DNA of 64,000 nucleotides from the human T2T-CHM13v2.0 reference genome, Homo sapiens. Below the pieces are notes generated by a model. That model was not told the origin of the DNA. It was given only the letters and a program-made list of their open reading frames with translations, and ran no database searches. Below, piece by piece: positions 34,356 to 50,775 of this stretch (positions are counted from its first letter, which is position 1; every line of letters begins with the position of its first letter). Location: assembly GCF_009914755.1 (NCBI RefSeq), contig NC_060930.1. One strand, given 5' to 3'. The position numbers and the translations under genes were made by a program.

Positions 34356-36182
34356 ACCGTTTTCCACTTCATTAGTATTAAATGGAAAACCCAACAAAGT
34401 TGTATTCCTCAAGTTCTTAGAAAGGCTACTCATGCTTTTACCATTTCTCTGGACAAGGCTGTGATCCCTTCCTTCCATTCTTCTCTTTCATCATAACTCA
34501 CTTGCCCTCTCCTCCTCACTGTCGAAGCCTGACCCTCCAAATCACATCAGACCCATACAAATCAAAGGGGGACCAGGGGAGAAGAGCAGGAAGATGTCAA
34601 CTGGACTGTGGTATTCCTGGAAGCCACTCCTGCTCACTTATGTCCCTTCACCCATGACTCATAAGCAGTGCCACTCACAAAGAGGAAAACTAGAGCAAGA
34701 AGAATGGAATAAATAGCCCAGCAAAATCTGAAAATTAGATTGACACCAAGAATCCAACTGTATAAACACATTTACGATCAGAAGCGAATTAGCCAAACCC
34801 AAATACAATTTGATAGATTTCAAATTACTATAAAGGTAGATGACAACTGGCTTGAAAGCCCTGCTTATCACAGTCCTAATATGGTCAAATCTGAAAAAAT
34901 CATTAGCAGTAAGACCTGACTTAGTTACCCATGATCCTTCCAATAGCTTTTATTGAACATCCTAAATTTTATGTTTATAGATATTGTTTAACAATTATGT
35001 TTTCCAAACGAAATATTGTATCTATCTTCACAAAGAGTTAAATTCCATTCTTGTCTCCAAATCCTTCTTAGTTAATATTTCCCAAAAGAAAAAAAAACTA
35101 TCCTTCTCTTGATAAAGTAATGGGGACACACACTTTCCACTAACAAGGTTGCAAAGGGTATAGGGTTTGTACTTAACACGTAACTGCATAGCTATTTGCA
35201 TGGCTCAGGGTATAGTTAGGAAAACAGGGCCCACACCAGGTAGTTCAACTGACGGAATTGAATGAGATTAGTTATAGAGGAGTGGAAGCACAGAAGAACT
35301 AAACAGAGAAAGGAAGCCACTTGAGATTAGCGTCATTATTGCACAGCTGCCATCTGGGGCTAGAGGACAATGGGAGAAGGTATTGGAGTCACCACAGCTC
35401 TGCAGCTGGGCTATCTGGTTGGGAGTCTGACAATGAATGGGATGAAGCCACTGCCAGAGATGTCCCCTAGAGAGAGAGGGAGAAATGCCCCTGGCTTCTG
35501 CCTTCTCTTGGCCCTCCCATCTCCAGAAACAGCCCCAACTTACAGAGCAGAGAGGGGGAAAAGGTGGCTTGGGTCTGAAAGCCACCAGCAGATGACTGCT
35601 GCACCACCACGAGGTGGACCCTGTGTGAGATCAAAATTCTCCAAGTGTCACCCTTTGTTAGTGGTGACACATTCTAATCAGCCTCCACTAAAAACAAAAA
35701 TACACATTCAGATATTGTTGTGAAATATGTATTGAAGATACAGAAATACTCACACAAATATACATTGTATATTGAGATTAAACTCAACTATACTCGTCAA
35801 AAGACTATCCATCCAAATTTTCCGATGATATTAACAGGATACAGGGCTGTGGTTACTGCTTATGAGATGAACTCGTAATAAGTATCTTACATCTATATCA
35901 GAAAGATTCTCACAGTTACCAAGTTAAGACAGACAGCCTGTCACTTCAAATCAATCTAAATGCCTCTCACAAACCTAAAATCCTGTTTGTAGCTAACAGC
36001 AACAGATATTCCCCAGTTACTCTCTCCTCAGAAACTGTCCAGGCTAGAATAGTTCCTCGTTAGTGAGATACAGATTCTTTTCTAAGACACAACTACTAGT
36101 TTTAAGTCTTCCTATCCATGCAGAGGTTTCATTATTAATCTTAATAATAAAGTTTTAATTTTCTTTAAGTTAAAACATGTCA

Positions 36183-36335
36183 GCTGGGTAGGGTGGAACA
36201 CACCCATTGTCCCAGCTATTTGGGAGGCTGAGGCAGGAGGATCGCTTGAGCCCAGGAATTTGAGACCAGCAAGGGCAACATAGCAAGACCCTGTCTTTAA
36301 AAACAAACAGAAACTCCACAAAAACAAACCAAAAA
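36183..36335 (+). mobile_element. Alu monomer (FLAM-like)
   Basis: Single 7SL-derived arm with an A-rich tail. Confidence 0.85.
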
Positions 36336-37006
36336 ATGCCAGATAAAGCATAACCACAACATTCTCTACCTAATACATAAAAAAAGCCTTTAAAATAGCC
36401 ATGGCAAAGCCTGTTTATCTTGTGACTTCTTTATTGTGTCTTAGCCTTCATACTGAAGTGTTCGACTTACTGGGTATCACATAAACCCAGTAACTGAATT
36501 TATCAGTTCTGATACAAAGTAACTATGCAAACTGGAGGACTATATAATAAATGTACACTTTGTTAAATTAACAATGCCAGTTTTACAATTAAGTTACACC
36601 TAGTCAAACAGATCAGACCTAAAAAGTTAATGAGTCTATCACCATGTTCAATTACAAGTTTGTTTTCTCTCAAGATGTCAATAAAGCCTCTAGATGATGT
36701 GCAAAGTTTATCAGGAGAAAGAAAATCAATATACTCCACACAAAGCAAAACCATGTCACAACTTTGCTGAGAAGGAGGCTGTCAGTTTATGGTACATGTC
36801 TTCAAGAAGTCTAACTTAAAACAAAAGTTGGCTAATATAACAACCCACATCCGCCCCTTCTCTGCCTGATTGTAAGTTCTTCAGTGTGCCTTGAAGTTTA
36901 TTCCAGGTGTAATGCCACTCAGCCATAATTTGATGTTTATAACTTTAAGAGCAAAAGGGAGATTGTTAAAGAAGATGTTAAAAGTGATTCCTGAAAAGTA
37001 AAATAA

Positions 37007-38705
<1,699 letters not shown>

Positions 38706-38882
38706 AAAATAAAAGGTTTGCAGTCATTACTGACCCTTATAAAATGCGTGAAAACTAGGAAAACTAATATTCTCTTTCCCAGCTCAAGGTACTTGCTCCA
38801 ATAAGCTCAGATGGCTGTACCTCCTTTTCCCCTCCCCAGCCCAGGGGTGAACAGGCAGCTCTGGCCTCAGCGGTCAGAGTAA

Positions 38883-39336
<454 letters not shown>

Positions 39337-40814
39337 CTGTGTTTTTCATTCTTTAATTTAGCAGTGCCCATAGGCACTTCCAAGACTGATTTCCATATTA
39401 TCTGTCAGACTGCAAAACAAGGATTTTCCTTTATTATCTTTATTATCTTGGAGAAAGCTTTGACCTTAGGCGTTGTCCCCTAGATAATCTATCACTGGGG
39501 AATTTTTCAGAGCAAATGCTTCCACTATGTTTGTTGCTATTTCTTTACTTGTGCATATGATCTTGCTGTTAGCATTTCATGAAGGGTCCCTGACTCCAAA
39601 CGCTTTAGAACTATGGGACAGTTGTCAAAGTTCCACGCTGCACAGCCTCCCTGAGAGTGAGCAGGAGGACCCTGCTGGCCAGATGAAGCAGCCCTCCCTG
39701 ACCTCTGACTCATTCCTGGGCAGGAATGGCCATCTCAGGGGAAACTGGATCGGGATTACACACAACACAGCAACCATGTTTTTTTCTTTCCTTAGGTTTT
39801 GGACTAGTGGCTCTGGTGTGGTACCAGCTTCCCCTGCATTTCTCTCCCAATTCCAACAAACGTTTGGAGATTGTAACTTGTCTCACCTCAACATAATCGC
39901 AGTGACTTATGCGATGTCATCTGCTCAGTTTATAAATCGAGCATATCTCTTCCCTTTCAATTTTGTAGCCTAGCCCGACAATAAAAGAACATTTATTATT
40001 CTAGCTGTTCTTTCTCTCCTTTAGAAGCTAAAGGTTTCACATGCTCTCATAATATGTCAGCTTCAAGAACATAACGGCACCCAAAACATTTGCTAGTTGC
40101 ATGTTTAGGCCAAGCTTTCCAGCTTTTGTGCTCAGATAAATAAGATGTTAAAATATCTGGTTGTTAACATGGAATATTTCCTTTTGTAATCTCCCACCAC
40201 CGAGTGTTCGACTCCATGATTTGACCTCCAGGAGAGGACATATAAACGAACATGTGTTAGCTGGTAATTATTTACGAGAAACTGAGGAGACAGGTCACAA
40301 TTTTGAAAATTCCTTATGACTCACCATCCCTAGATGAGTTACTATATTCCTAACATTTTCTAGGGAGTCTCTAGAAGACAGTATTATTTTACATTTATTT
40401 CTAAATGTGCAAAACACTTATTCTAATTAACAATGGCAAACAATGTAGACGAGCTATGTAATCATTTCACTGTCTGGGTTAATTATCTTCCAGGCCAAGC
40501 ACACTGGCCGAGCAAGGCCTTGTAGACTTTCTAACCTCCTTGCCTCACTGCCTCCCACCTCACCTGCCCACCTCTCCCTTGGCCTGCCATGGAGACCCTT
40601 TGAGGAGGGGCTGGACTTCCCCCCTTCACTCTGGCCCCTTGCTTGTGGTTTGAGCTCAGCAGGATCTGTCTTCTTCCTCTGCTTTGTCCACTCATTTTGC
40701 CTTTCAAAGCCCTAGATGTCTTTCGGCCTCAGTGTATCTATCTTCAACCCTGGAGGCCTTCCTTGATCCTGTCCCTGTTTTAGCTAGTCCTCAATTATGT
40801 CCGGTGCCTAAGCT

Positions 40815-41210
40815 CTCCATAAGATACATCCACCAGTGTGTCATGTCAGTTTACCATTGCCATGGCAACATCCAGGAGTTACCAGCCCTTTCCATGGCAA
40901 TGACCCAATGACCCAGAAGTTACTACTCTTTTCCTAGAAATCTCTGCATAAACTGCCCCTTAATCTGCATGTAATTACAAGTAGGTATAAACATGACTGT
41001 AGAACTGCCCTGAGCTGCTACTCTCTGCCTGCAGGGTAGCCCTGCTCTGCAGAAGCAGTCACAGAGCTGTAACACCACCGGAGCTATAACACTGCTGCTT
41101 CAATAAAGTGGTTTTCCTCTACTGTCAGCTTGTTCTTGAATTCTTTCCTAGGTGAAGCTAAAAACCCTCTTGAGCTAATCCCCAATTTAGGTCTTCCCTC
41201 CCCAACATCA
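40815..41210 (+). mobile_element. ERV1 LTR 3' portion (MER50/MER41-group-like)
   Basis: cagtttaccattgccatggcaaca...ggtataaa (TATA)...aataaa...ends aacatca. Confidence 0.75.
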
Positions 41211-42184
41211 CTATTCTTGGGAATTAAGTAATTCACTCTGTTCTCTCCCTGCTCTTTGGTTAGTCTGCAGTGTCCTTTTTTTTTTTTTTTTAAGACTTTG
41301 ATATTCCATCTTTTGAGTTACAATTGGGACAACTGAGAGAGGGGAAGAGCTGGAGTGGGGTGAGAACTAGGAGGGCTCAACAGCTGGAGGTGTAGTTCAC
41401 TTAGTTTTTGTACTGGAAGGGTTCATCACTGGTTTCATTGAGAAGTCAGGTGCGACGAGAGCTTCTGTCACCTACATATTCCTCCTAACATTTACTGCTG
41501 CTGTTGAATCCATTGTGCTGTTTATTTGGAAAATCCCCCCCACTCCCTGGACCAAGTGAGAGCGGAACAGCCAGACCTGAGAAATGCAGCCACAGCAACT
41601 TCACAGTGTCCAGTCTAGGCAGGGAAAGTGCAAGAGAAACATACCTTTTGATAGCAATACTTCACAAAATGATAATATAACTGGTTTGTTGGCTATGAGC
41701 AAAAAGAAATATTGAGCAATAAAAAAACAGCCTAGCTTTAAAACATTTTAAATGACTTTAGACTTGGAATCTAAACTTTTTTCGTTCAAAAGTCCTTGTT
41801 TCTTTAGCAAGTAGAATTTAAAGCTTCTTTTTATTCGTGTCTTCTTTATTGCAGGCAGCACAAGCCATCATAAACATTCCACTCAAGATAAACTGGGCAA
41901 AGGCAAGTGCTTAACACAATTTAATACTTTCTCACATTCTATATATTTACTTTATTTCCTCATTAGGAAAAGAAGAAAATAAAATGTAATTTGTAAATTT
42001 ACCTATAAACCATATACCGGAAAACTAAGATGAATAAAACTGGAAAATAAATGTTACACTGAGTTTTTTCTTTTAACATGCCAGTACAAGTGATAACCAA
42101 TGGAAGAATTAAAAACTCAACCAGCCATCCTACTTATGTAAAATATATATCGATGGGCGTAGACATGTGTGCTTTATACATATG

Positions 42185-42500
42185 ATCATCCCTCAGTATC
42201 CAGGAGGGACTGGTTCCAGAAACCCCCTGCAGACAGCAAAATCTGCAGATGCTCAAGTCCCTGATATAACATGGTGTAGTATTTGCATATAACCTAAGCA
42301 CATCCTCCTGTGTACTCTAAATCATCTCCAGATCATGTAGAATACCTAATACAATGTAAATGCTGAGTATATAGTTGTTACACTGCATTACTTTTTAAAT
42401 TTGTTTTTAAATATTGTGTTATTTTTTGTTTTTATTTTTGAATATTTTCAGCCGATGATTGAACCCAAAAATGCAGAAGCTGTGGATATCAAGGGCTGAT
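42185..42500. mobile_element. MER2 (TcMar-Tigger derivative)
   Basis: atccctcagtatcc...gatgctcaagtccctgatataa.atggtgtagtatttgcatataaccta. Confidence 0.88.
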
Positions 42501-42995
42501 GTTACATAGATTGACTGAAAAATTTCGGAGTCCAATTAATACTGCATCTAAAATAAGTTAAATAACATCAAACCTTTTGTGTCATAAGGACACCATTAAA
42601 GTTATTTATTTGTTTATCTCTCCTCTATTTTTTGAGAAATGTATGCTGTGTTGGAGAGGCAAAGAAGGAGGATGGCAAATAGTGCAGCATCATCCGGTTG
42701 CTAAGAGGCATATGTAAAAACAAAGAAACATCCCACAAGGCAAGAAGAGGAACTGTTAGAGTGAACGATGCTCCCTCTTAGCCCAGGCTTATCATTATAG
42801 AACAATTCTCAGGCGATGGCATCTATGGGCACAGTTTGTGTGTGAGGGCAAAAGACTCCTGTACAGCTCATGCCCCCACCAGGAGAGAAAAGTTGGTGGC
42901 CCCGGCCTTCCATCACTGTTGGGGAAAAGTCAGGAAGAGTCAGTTCTTCCAAAGGGGAAAAAAAATTTTTTTTTTAATCTAAAGAAAATTCTTCA

Positions 42996-43306
<311 letters not shown>

Positions 43307-43727
43307 AAAGAAAAATTTTCAGGAAACATAACTAGGACACAATAAAGTGTTTCAATCAGGTTTAAACATAACTTGAGAATATAAGAATTTTAAAATTTAA
43401 TTAAAAGCTAAAAAAGAAGAGTAAAAACAGAGAAAACCTATTAATAAAATGGAAATCATGAGTGAAAGCTCAGAGCCATGAACACGACAGTGAGGACATC
43501 AATATATAAATCATAAACACAGAGAAGCGGAACCCAAAAAAAAATTGCAGAAAAGATCTTCTGTGGGTTAAAGCTACCCAATGGATAATACCAGTACTAC
43601 AGAGCATTTTCATTGACTGCCTGATTATTATAACATGTTTGGTAAGTTACTTAATCAAATTTATGGTAGCTGTCTTTATCATGTTTAATTTAGCTGATTT
43701 TTAAAAAAATATTTACAATGAGCTTTA

Positions 43728-43861
43728 TCTTTTTTTTATACTTTAAGTTTTAGGGTACAAGCGCACAACGTGCAGGTTAGTTACATATGTATACATGTGC
43801 CATGTTGGTGTGCTGCACCCATTAACTCATCATTTAACATTAGGTATAGCATTAGGAGACA
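43728..43861 (-). mobile_element. 134-bp L1PA 3' end with ~15-bp 5' inversion
   Basis: Poly-T plus antisense L1PA 3'UTR to cattaggtata, then sense-oriented gcattaggagac; exact TSD tacaatgagcttta at 43714-43727 and 43862-43875. Confidence 0.92.
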
Positions 43862-46341
43862 TACAATGAGCTTTAGTACAAACAGCTTCTAAGTTTGATC
43901 AAGTGATTTGGATTCACTATGGACATAATCACACACATCTCTTTTAAGCTTTAGATAGCATGAATTAAATTGATGGATATGTGAAGATTATGATATCCTG
44001 ACACTTTGAAATAAACACTTACTCCTTTCTTACTTTCATAGTGCCTGGAAATATATATATACACCATCCAGGGCCTGGGGATCAAACAGCCTTACCCGTT
44101 ACAGCTGGTGCCCATGCACATCAGGGGGCCTGAGGACAGGTCTGCCTTCCTGCTGCTGTTCCCACCAGTGCGTGGATATACCATCAACTGGGAGCCTGGG
44201 GGTCAACCTACCATACCTGTTGCCACTGGCAACTGTGTATGATTGCAGGGCCTGTCAACAGGTCTGCCCTGTCCTTGATGCCTGTGCATACCATCTGGGG
44301 CTTGAGGATAGGTCAGTTACACCCCCCACCACCTCTGCTGGCACCCAAGCATGCTATATGGGGACCTGGGGACCAATGTGTCCCAGCCGCCACAGCCTGC
44401 ACCCACACACACTATTGGGGACCTGAGGACAGGACTGCCCCACCTGATGCTACCACTGACAGTGCCTGCATGCTTCATCTGGAGACCTGGGGATTGATCT
44501 GCCCCACATGCTGCTATTAATGGCTATGAGCACCTTCCAGGGCCCTGACGATGGGCCTGCTCAGCCTGCCGGTGCCCACATACTTTGACTGTGGGACTGG
44601 GGAACGACCCTCCCTGTCTGCTACCACCAGGGCTCACACACAACTCCCAGAGGACTGAGGATGGGCCCACTCAGCCGGCTGCCATCACCACTGCTGGCCA
44701 TCTACCCATATGCATCACCTGGAGGCCTGAGCACTGGCTTGCTTACCCTGCCACCACCACCACTGGTGCCTGCATATGCTGACTAGGAACCAGAGATGTG
44801 GCTTGCCACTACTATTGCCATGAATGATGCCACACACCACCCAGGAGCCCAAGGACCAGCCTGCCCTCCCAGCCCACTGCCACCACTGCCAGCACATAAG
44901 CAGACTATCTGGAGGCCCAAAGTTTGGCATACCCAAACCACTGGTGCCACCACTGTGCCCGAAGACCAGCCCACTTGGTGTCCCTGTCCCCACAAAAGCT
45001 TCACTGCAACCTCTACTAACAAGTGCTGCCCGAGCCACTGAAGAGATCACAGACACAACTGATGCTGATTACAGCTGAAGAAATCATTGAGACATTACAC
45101 TGCTGTGCCCAGCTAGAATCAAAGCCAAAGTGACCTACCAAAGCAACATTATAAATACATCTGTAGAAAAAGTAGTCTTTTTCTAAAAAAGCCAATCCAT
45201 AAAATTGGAAGAAGCAACTGCTACATCAGAGGCACTGTAAAAAGCTCAATGAGATATGATAGAACACAAATAAAAGATACGAAATATCAGAAAAACAATT
45301 CATGATCTGAATGAGAAACTAAACAAAGAGAAAGATATTTTTAAAAATGTCTAAACAAAAATCCTGGATCTGGAGAATTCAATGAATGAAATAAAAATAC
45401 AATTGAGGGCTTCAAAAAAAGATGAGATCAGGGAGAGGAAAAAAGAATTCTGAACTTGAAAAGAGATCATTTGAAATAACCCAGTTAAAAAATTTTAAAA
45501 AATTATTAAAAAATAAAGTAAGCCTATGGGATATATGGGACACCACAAAGCAAACAAATGGAATTTGGGGTGTTCCAGATGGTGAAGTGATGATCAAAGA
45601 CATGGAAAGCCTATTTAACAAAATAATATCTGAAAACTTCTCAAGTCTTGCAAGAGACTTAGACATCCAGATACAAAAAGCTCCAAGAATCCCAAATAAA
45701 TTCAACTCAAAAATGTCTTTTTCAAGGAACATTAGAGTCAGACTGTTAAAAGTTAAAGACAAACAGAATTCTAAAAACAGTAAGAGAAAAGTGTCATGTC
45801 ATATATAAAGCTATCCCCATCAGACAAACAGCAGATTTCACAGCAGAAACCTTACAGGCAAGAGAGAATAGGATGATATAGAGTGCTGAATGAAAAAACA
45901 TGCTAGGAAAGAATATTCTACCAACAAAGCTATCTTTCAAAAAGAAAGGAGAAATTAAGTCTTTCCCAGACACAAACAGAAGGAATTCATCACCACTAGA
46001 CAAGTCTTATGAGAAATGCTCAAGGAAATTCTACATCTGGAAGGAAAAGGACAATATGTACCATCACGAAAACACACAAAAGTGCAAAACTCAGTGGTAG
46101 AGCAGACACACAAAGGAGAAATGAAGGACTCAAATGCTACTATTACAGAAAACCACCAAACCACAATGATAAACAACAAAAGGGAAAGAAGGAACAAAGC
46201 ATATGCGAAACAACCAGAAACAACTAATAAAATGATGGAAATAAGTCTTTACTCATTAATAATAACTTCAAATGTAAATGGATTAATTTCCCCCATAAAA
46301 GATAATAAATGGCTAAATGAATTTTAAAAAATGACCCAACT

Positions 46342-46659
46342 GGCCAGGCGTGGTGGCTCATGCCTGTAATCTCAGCACTTTGGGAGGCCGAGGCGGGCGG
46401 GTCACCTGAGGTCACGAGTTTGAGACCAGCCTGCCCAACACAGTGAAAGCCCATCTCTACTAAACATACAAAAAATTAGCCTGGAGTGGTGGTGGGTACC
46501 TGTGATCCCAGCTACTCAGGAGGCTGAGGCAGGAGAGTTGCTTGAACCCAGGAGGTGGAGCTTGCAGTGAGCCAAGAGCACACCACTGCACTCAGCCTGG
46601 GTGATGAGAGTGAAACTCCGTCTCAAAAAACAAAACAAAACAAAGCAACAACAAAAAAA
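46342..46659 (+). mobile_element. Alu nested in L1
   Basis: Alu dimer; TSD aaaaaatg(a/g)cccaact. Confidence 0.96.
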
Positions 46660-46839
46660 TGGCCCAACTATATGATGCCTACAAGAAAAACACTTCACCT
46701 ATAAAAACACATAAAGATGACAGTGAAAGGATAGAAAAAGTCATTCCATACAAATAAAAACCAAAAGTGGACAATAGTAGCTATACTTACATCAGATAAA
46801 ACAGATTACAAGTCAAAAAATCTAAAAAGAGACAAAGAA

Positions 46840-47130
46840 GGCTGGGCACGGTAGCTCACGCCTGTAATCCCAGCACTTGGGAGGCCAAGGAGGGCAGAAG
46901 TCTTGAGGTCAAGAGTTCGAGACCAACCTGGCCAACATGGTGAAACCCCATCTCTACTAAAAATACAAAAATTAGTTGAGTGGGGTGGTGGCGCACCTGT
47001 AATCCCAGCTACTAGGGGGGCTGAGGCATGAGAACTGCTTGAACCTGGGAAGCAGAGGTTTAAGTGAACTGAGATCGAGCCACAGCACTCCAGCCTGGGC
47101 AAAAGAGTGAGATTCTGTCTTTAAAAAAGA
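46840..47130 (+). mobile_element. Alu nested in L1
   Basis: Alu dimer; TSD agagacaaagaag. Confidence 0.96.
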
Positions 47131-48449
47131 GAGAGAGAGACAAAGAAGATCATCATATAATGAAACATGTATCAATTCAGCAAAAGGATGTAACAATTCT
47201 AAATATATGTGTACCCAATAGCAGAGCACCCAGATATATTTTTTAAAAAATTATAGATTGAAAGGGAGAGATAGACCCTGATACAACAGTTGGGGGCTTC
47301 AATGCCCCTATTTCAGCACTGGATAGATCTATGAGATAGAAAATAAAGAAACACTGGATTTAAATTGCACTTATGACCAAATGGAATTAACAGACTTCTA
47401 CAGAACATATTATTAAGCTGCAGAATACACTTTCTTCTCATCGGCACATGGAACACTCTCTAGAATAGATCATATATTAGGACATAAAAGAAGTCTCAAG
47501 AAATTTGTTAAAATCAAAATCATATCAGATATTAATATCTTTTCAGACAACAACAGAATAAAACTAGAAATGATAGCAAGAGAAACTTTGGGAACTGTAC
47601 AAATACACGGAAATTTAACAACATGCTCCTGAATGACCATTAGGTCAAGGAAGAAACTAAGAAGAAAACCAAAAAATTTCTTGAGAGAATTAAAAATGGA
47701 AATGTAATATATTAAAACCCGTGAAATACAGCAAAAGTACTGCTAAGAGAAAAGTTTATAGCAATAAACACCTACATCAAAAAAGTAGAAAGACTTCAAA
47801 TTAACAACCTAACAATGTACCTTAAAGAACTAGAAAAGAAAGGACAAAGGAAACCCAAAGTTAGTAGAAGGAAAGAAATAATAAAGACCAGAGTGGAACT
47901 AAATGAGATAGAGACAAGAAAAATGTAAAAAGGATTACAACAATAACAACTTGGTTTTTGAAAAAGATAAAAATCACAAACTACTAGTTAGAATAACCAA
48001 GAAAAAAGATAGAAGACTCAAATAAAAAAAGCATACACGAATAGGAGACATTACCACTAGCACCACAGAAATACAAAGAATCATTAGAGACTATTATAAA
48101 CAACTACATGCCAACAAATTGGAAAATCTAGAGGAAATATATAAACCTTGGACACATACAACCTACCAAGAATGAAGTAGGAAGAAAGAAAACCTAAGCA
48201 GACCCATAATGAGTAGTGAGATTAAAGCAGTAATTAAAAGTCCCCCAACAAGGAAAGGTCCAGGACAAGACGGATTAACTGCAGAATTCTATCAAATTTA
48301 TATAGAAAAGCTAAAAGCAATTCTTAAACTATTTCAAAAAGGTGAAGAGGAAGGGATTCTTCCTAATGCATTCTACGTGGCCAGCATTACATTGATACCA
48401 AAACCAGATAAGGATACAAGAACAAAAGAAAGGAATAGGCCAAGATCAC

Positions 48450-48864
48450 TGTCTTAGTCGATTTGTCTTGCTATATTGGAACACCTGAGACTGGATAATT
48501 TATAAAGAACAGGGGTTTATTTGACTTACGGTTCTGCAGGCTGTAAAAGAAGCACTGAGCCAGCACCTGCTTCTGGTGAAGGGCTCAGGCTGCTTCCAAC
48601 CACAGCAGAAGGCAAAGGAGAAACAGCATGTGCAGAGATCATGTGACATGACAGAAGGCAAGGGAGCAGGTGAAGGTGCCAGGCTCTTTTTTAAACAACC
48701 AGCTTTCATGAGAACTAATACAGCCCCTTACCTGAGACAGGGCATTAATCTATTCATGAGGAACTGCTCCCATGACCCAAACACCTCCCACTAGGCCCTA
48801 CCTCTAACATTGGTGATGAAATTTCAACATAAGATTTGGGTGGTCAAATATCCAAACTATAGCA
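48450..48864 (-). mobile_element. MST-family (ERVL-MaLR) solo LTR nested in L1
   Basis: tgtcttagtc...acctgagactggataatttataaagaaca...ccaaactatagca. Confidence 0.9.
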
Positions 48865-50649
48865 ACCCGTTATGAACATCAATGCAAAAATCCTCAACAA
48901 AATAGCATATCATGATCAAGTGAGATTTTTCTCAGGGATGTAAGAATGGTTGAACATAAACAGATCAATAAATGTGATACATCACATCAAGATAATGAAG
49001 GACATATAGAAGCATGGTGTGCAGAAAAAAAAAAAAGAAAGTGAAGGACAAAACCCATATAATCATCTGAATAGATGTAGAAAAAGCTTTCGACAAAATT
49101 CAACATTCCTTCATGATAAAACATCAACAAACTAGGCATAGAAGGAACATACCTAATGGGGAAAAGGTGAACGTCTATCCTCTAAAGGACTGAAACATGA
49201 CTAGGATGCCCACTCTCACTACTCCAATTCAACATAGTACTGAAAGTACTAGCCAAGTCAATCAGGTACAAGAAAGAAAAGTCATCCAAACTGGAAAAAA
49301 GAAAGTCAAGTTGTCCCTCTTTGCAGACAACATGATCTTATATACAGAAAAACCTAGACTCCACCAAAAAACTCTTAGAACTAATAAATACAGTAAAGTT
49401 GGAGGACACAAAATCAACATGCAAAAATCAATAGTGTTTCTCTATACCAATAACAAACTAATTGAAAAAAAAATAAAGAAAGCAATCCCATTTACAATAG
49501 CTACCAAAAAATCTACTTAGGAATAAATTTAACCAAGGAGGTAGAAGACCTTTGCAAGGAAAACTACAAAACACTGATGAAAGAAATTGAAGATGACACA
49601 AACCAATGGAAAGACATGCCCTGCTCATTGACCGAATTAATATTGTTAAAATGACTGCTCAATGCAATCCCTATCAAAATAACAATATCATTCTTCATAG
49701 AAATAGAAAAAAAAAAAACAGTCCTAAAATATGTATGGAACCACAAAAGACCCTGAGTAGCCAAAGCAATCCTGGGCAAAAGAACAAAGCTGGAGGCATC
49801 ACACTACCTGATTTCAAAATATTCTGCAAAGCTATAGTAACCAAAACAGTAGGGTACTGGTATAAAAACATACACATAGAGCAATGGAACAAAATAGTGA
49901 ACCCAGAAATCAATTAGTGTATTTACAGCCAACCATCTTCAACAAAGGTAACAACGACAAACATTGGAGAAAGGACACTACAATAAAAAGTGCTAGGCAA
50001 GATGTATACAAGAAGAATGAAACTAGACCCTTATCTCTCACTATATGCAAAAATCAAGGCAGAATGACTTAAACATAAAACCCCAAAGTATAGAACTACT
50101 AGAAGAAAACAAGGAAAACATTCAGGACATTGGTCTAGGCAAAGATTTTTATGGCCATGAGCTCAAAAGCACAGGCAATAAAAAGTACATAAATGGGACT
50201 ATATTAAGCAAAAATGCTTCTGTGCAGCAAAGGAAACAATCAACAGAAACAACCTGTAGAATGGGAGAAAATATCTCCAAACTATTCATTCAACAAGGGA
50301 CTAATACCCAGAATACACAAGGAACTCAAAAAACTCAAAAGCAAAAATACAAATAAACCCATCAAAAAGTGAGCAAAAGGTTAGAATGGACACTTCTCAA
50401 AAGAAGACATACAAATGGCCAACAGGTATATGAAAAAAAATTAAATATTACTAATCATCAAGGAAATGCAAGTCCAAACAGCAATAAGATATCATCTTAC
50501 CTCAGTATGGCTATTATCAAAAAGACACAAAATAACAAATGTTGGTGAGAATGTGGAGAAAAGGCAACTCTTATACACTGGTGTAACCTGTAAATTAGTA
50601 CAGCCATTCTGGAAAACAGTATGCAGGCATCTCCAAAAACTAAAAGCAC

Positions 50650-50775
50650 AAGGTGGCTTACGCCTGTAATCCCAGCACTTTGGGAGGCTGAGGTGGGAAG
50701 ACTGCTTGAGTCCAGGAGTTTGAGACAAGTCTGGGCAACATACCAAGACCCCATTTTCACAAAAAATTAAAAAAT
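50650..50775 (+). mobile_element. Alu monomer (FLAM_C/AluJ left arm) nested in L1
   Basis: ggtggcttacgcctgtaatcccagcactttgg...gcttgagtccaggagtttgagac. Confidence 0.88.

Noticed and set aside
39527-39973. 148-aa non-repeat ORF antisense to PRKN
   Set aside because: No recognisable domain, splice structure or promoter; a length expected by chance in 64 kb.
44060-45060. CRISPR-like or coding repeat interpretation of the monomer array
   Set aside because: Eukaryotic context, degenerate units without unique spacers, and contiguous with L1 ORF1.
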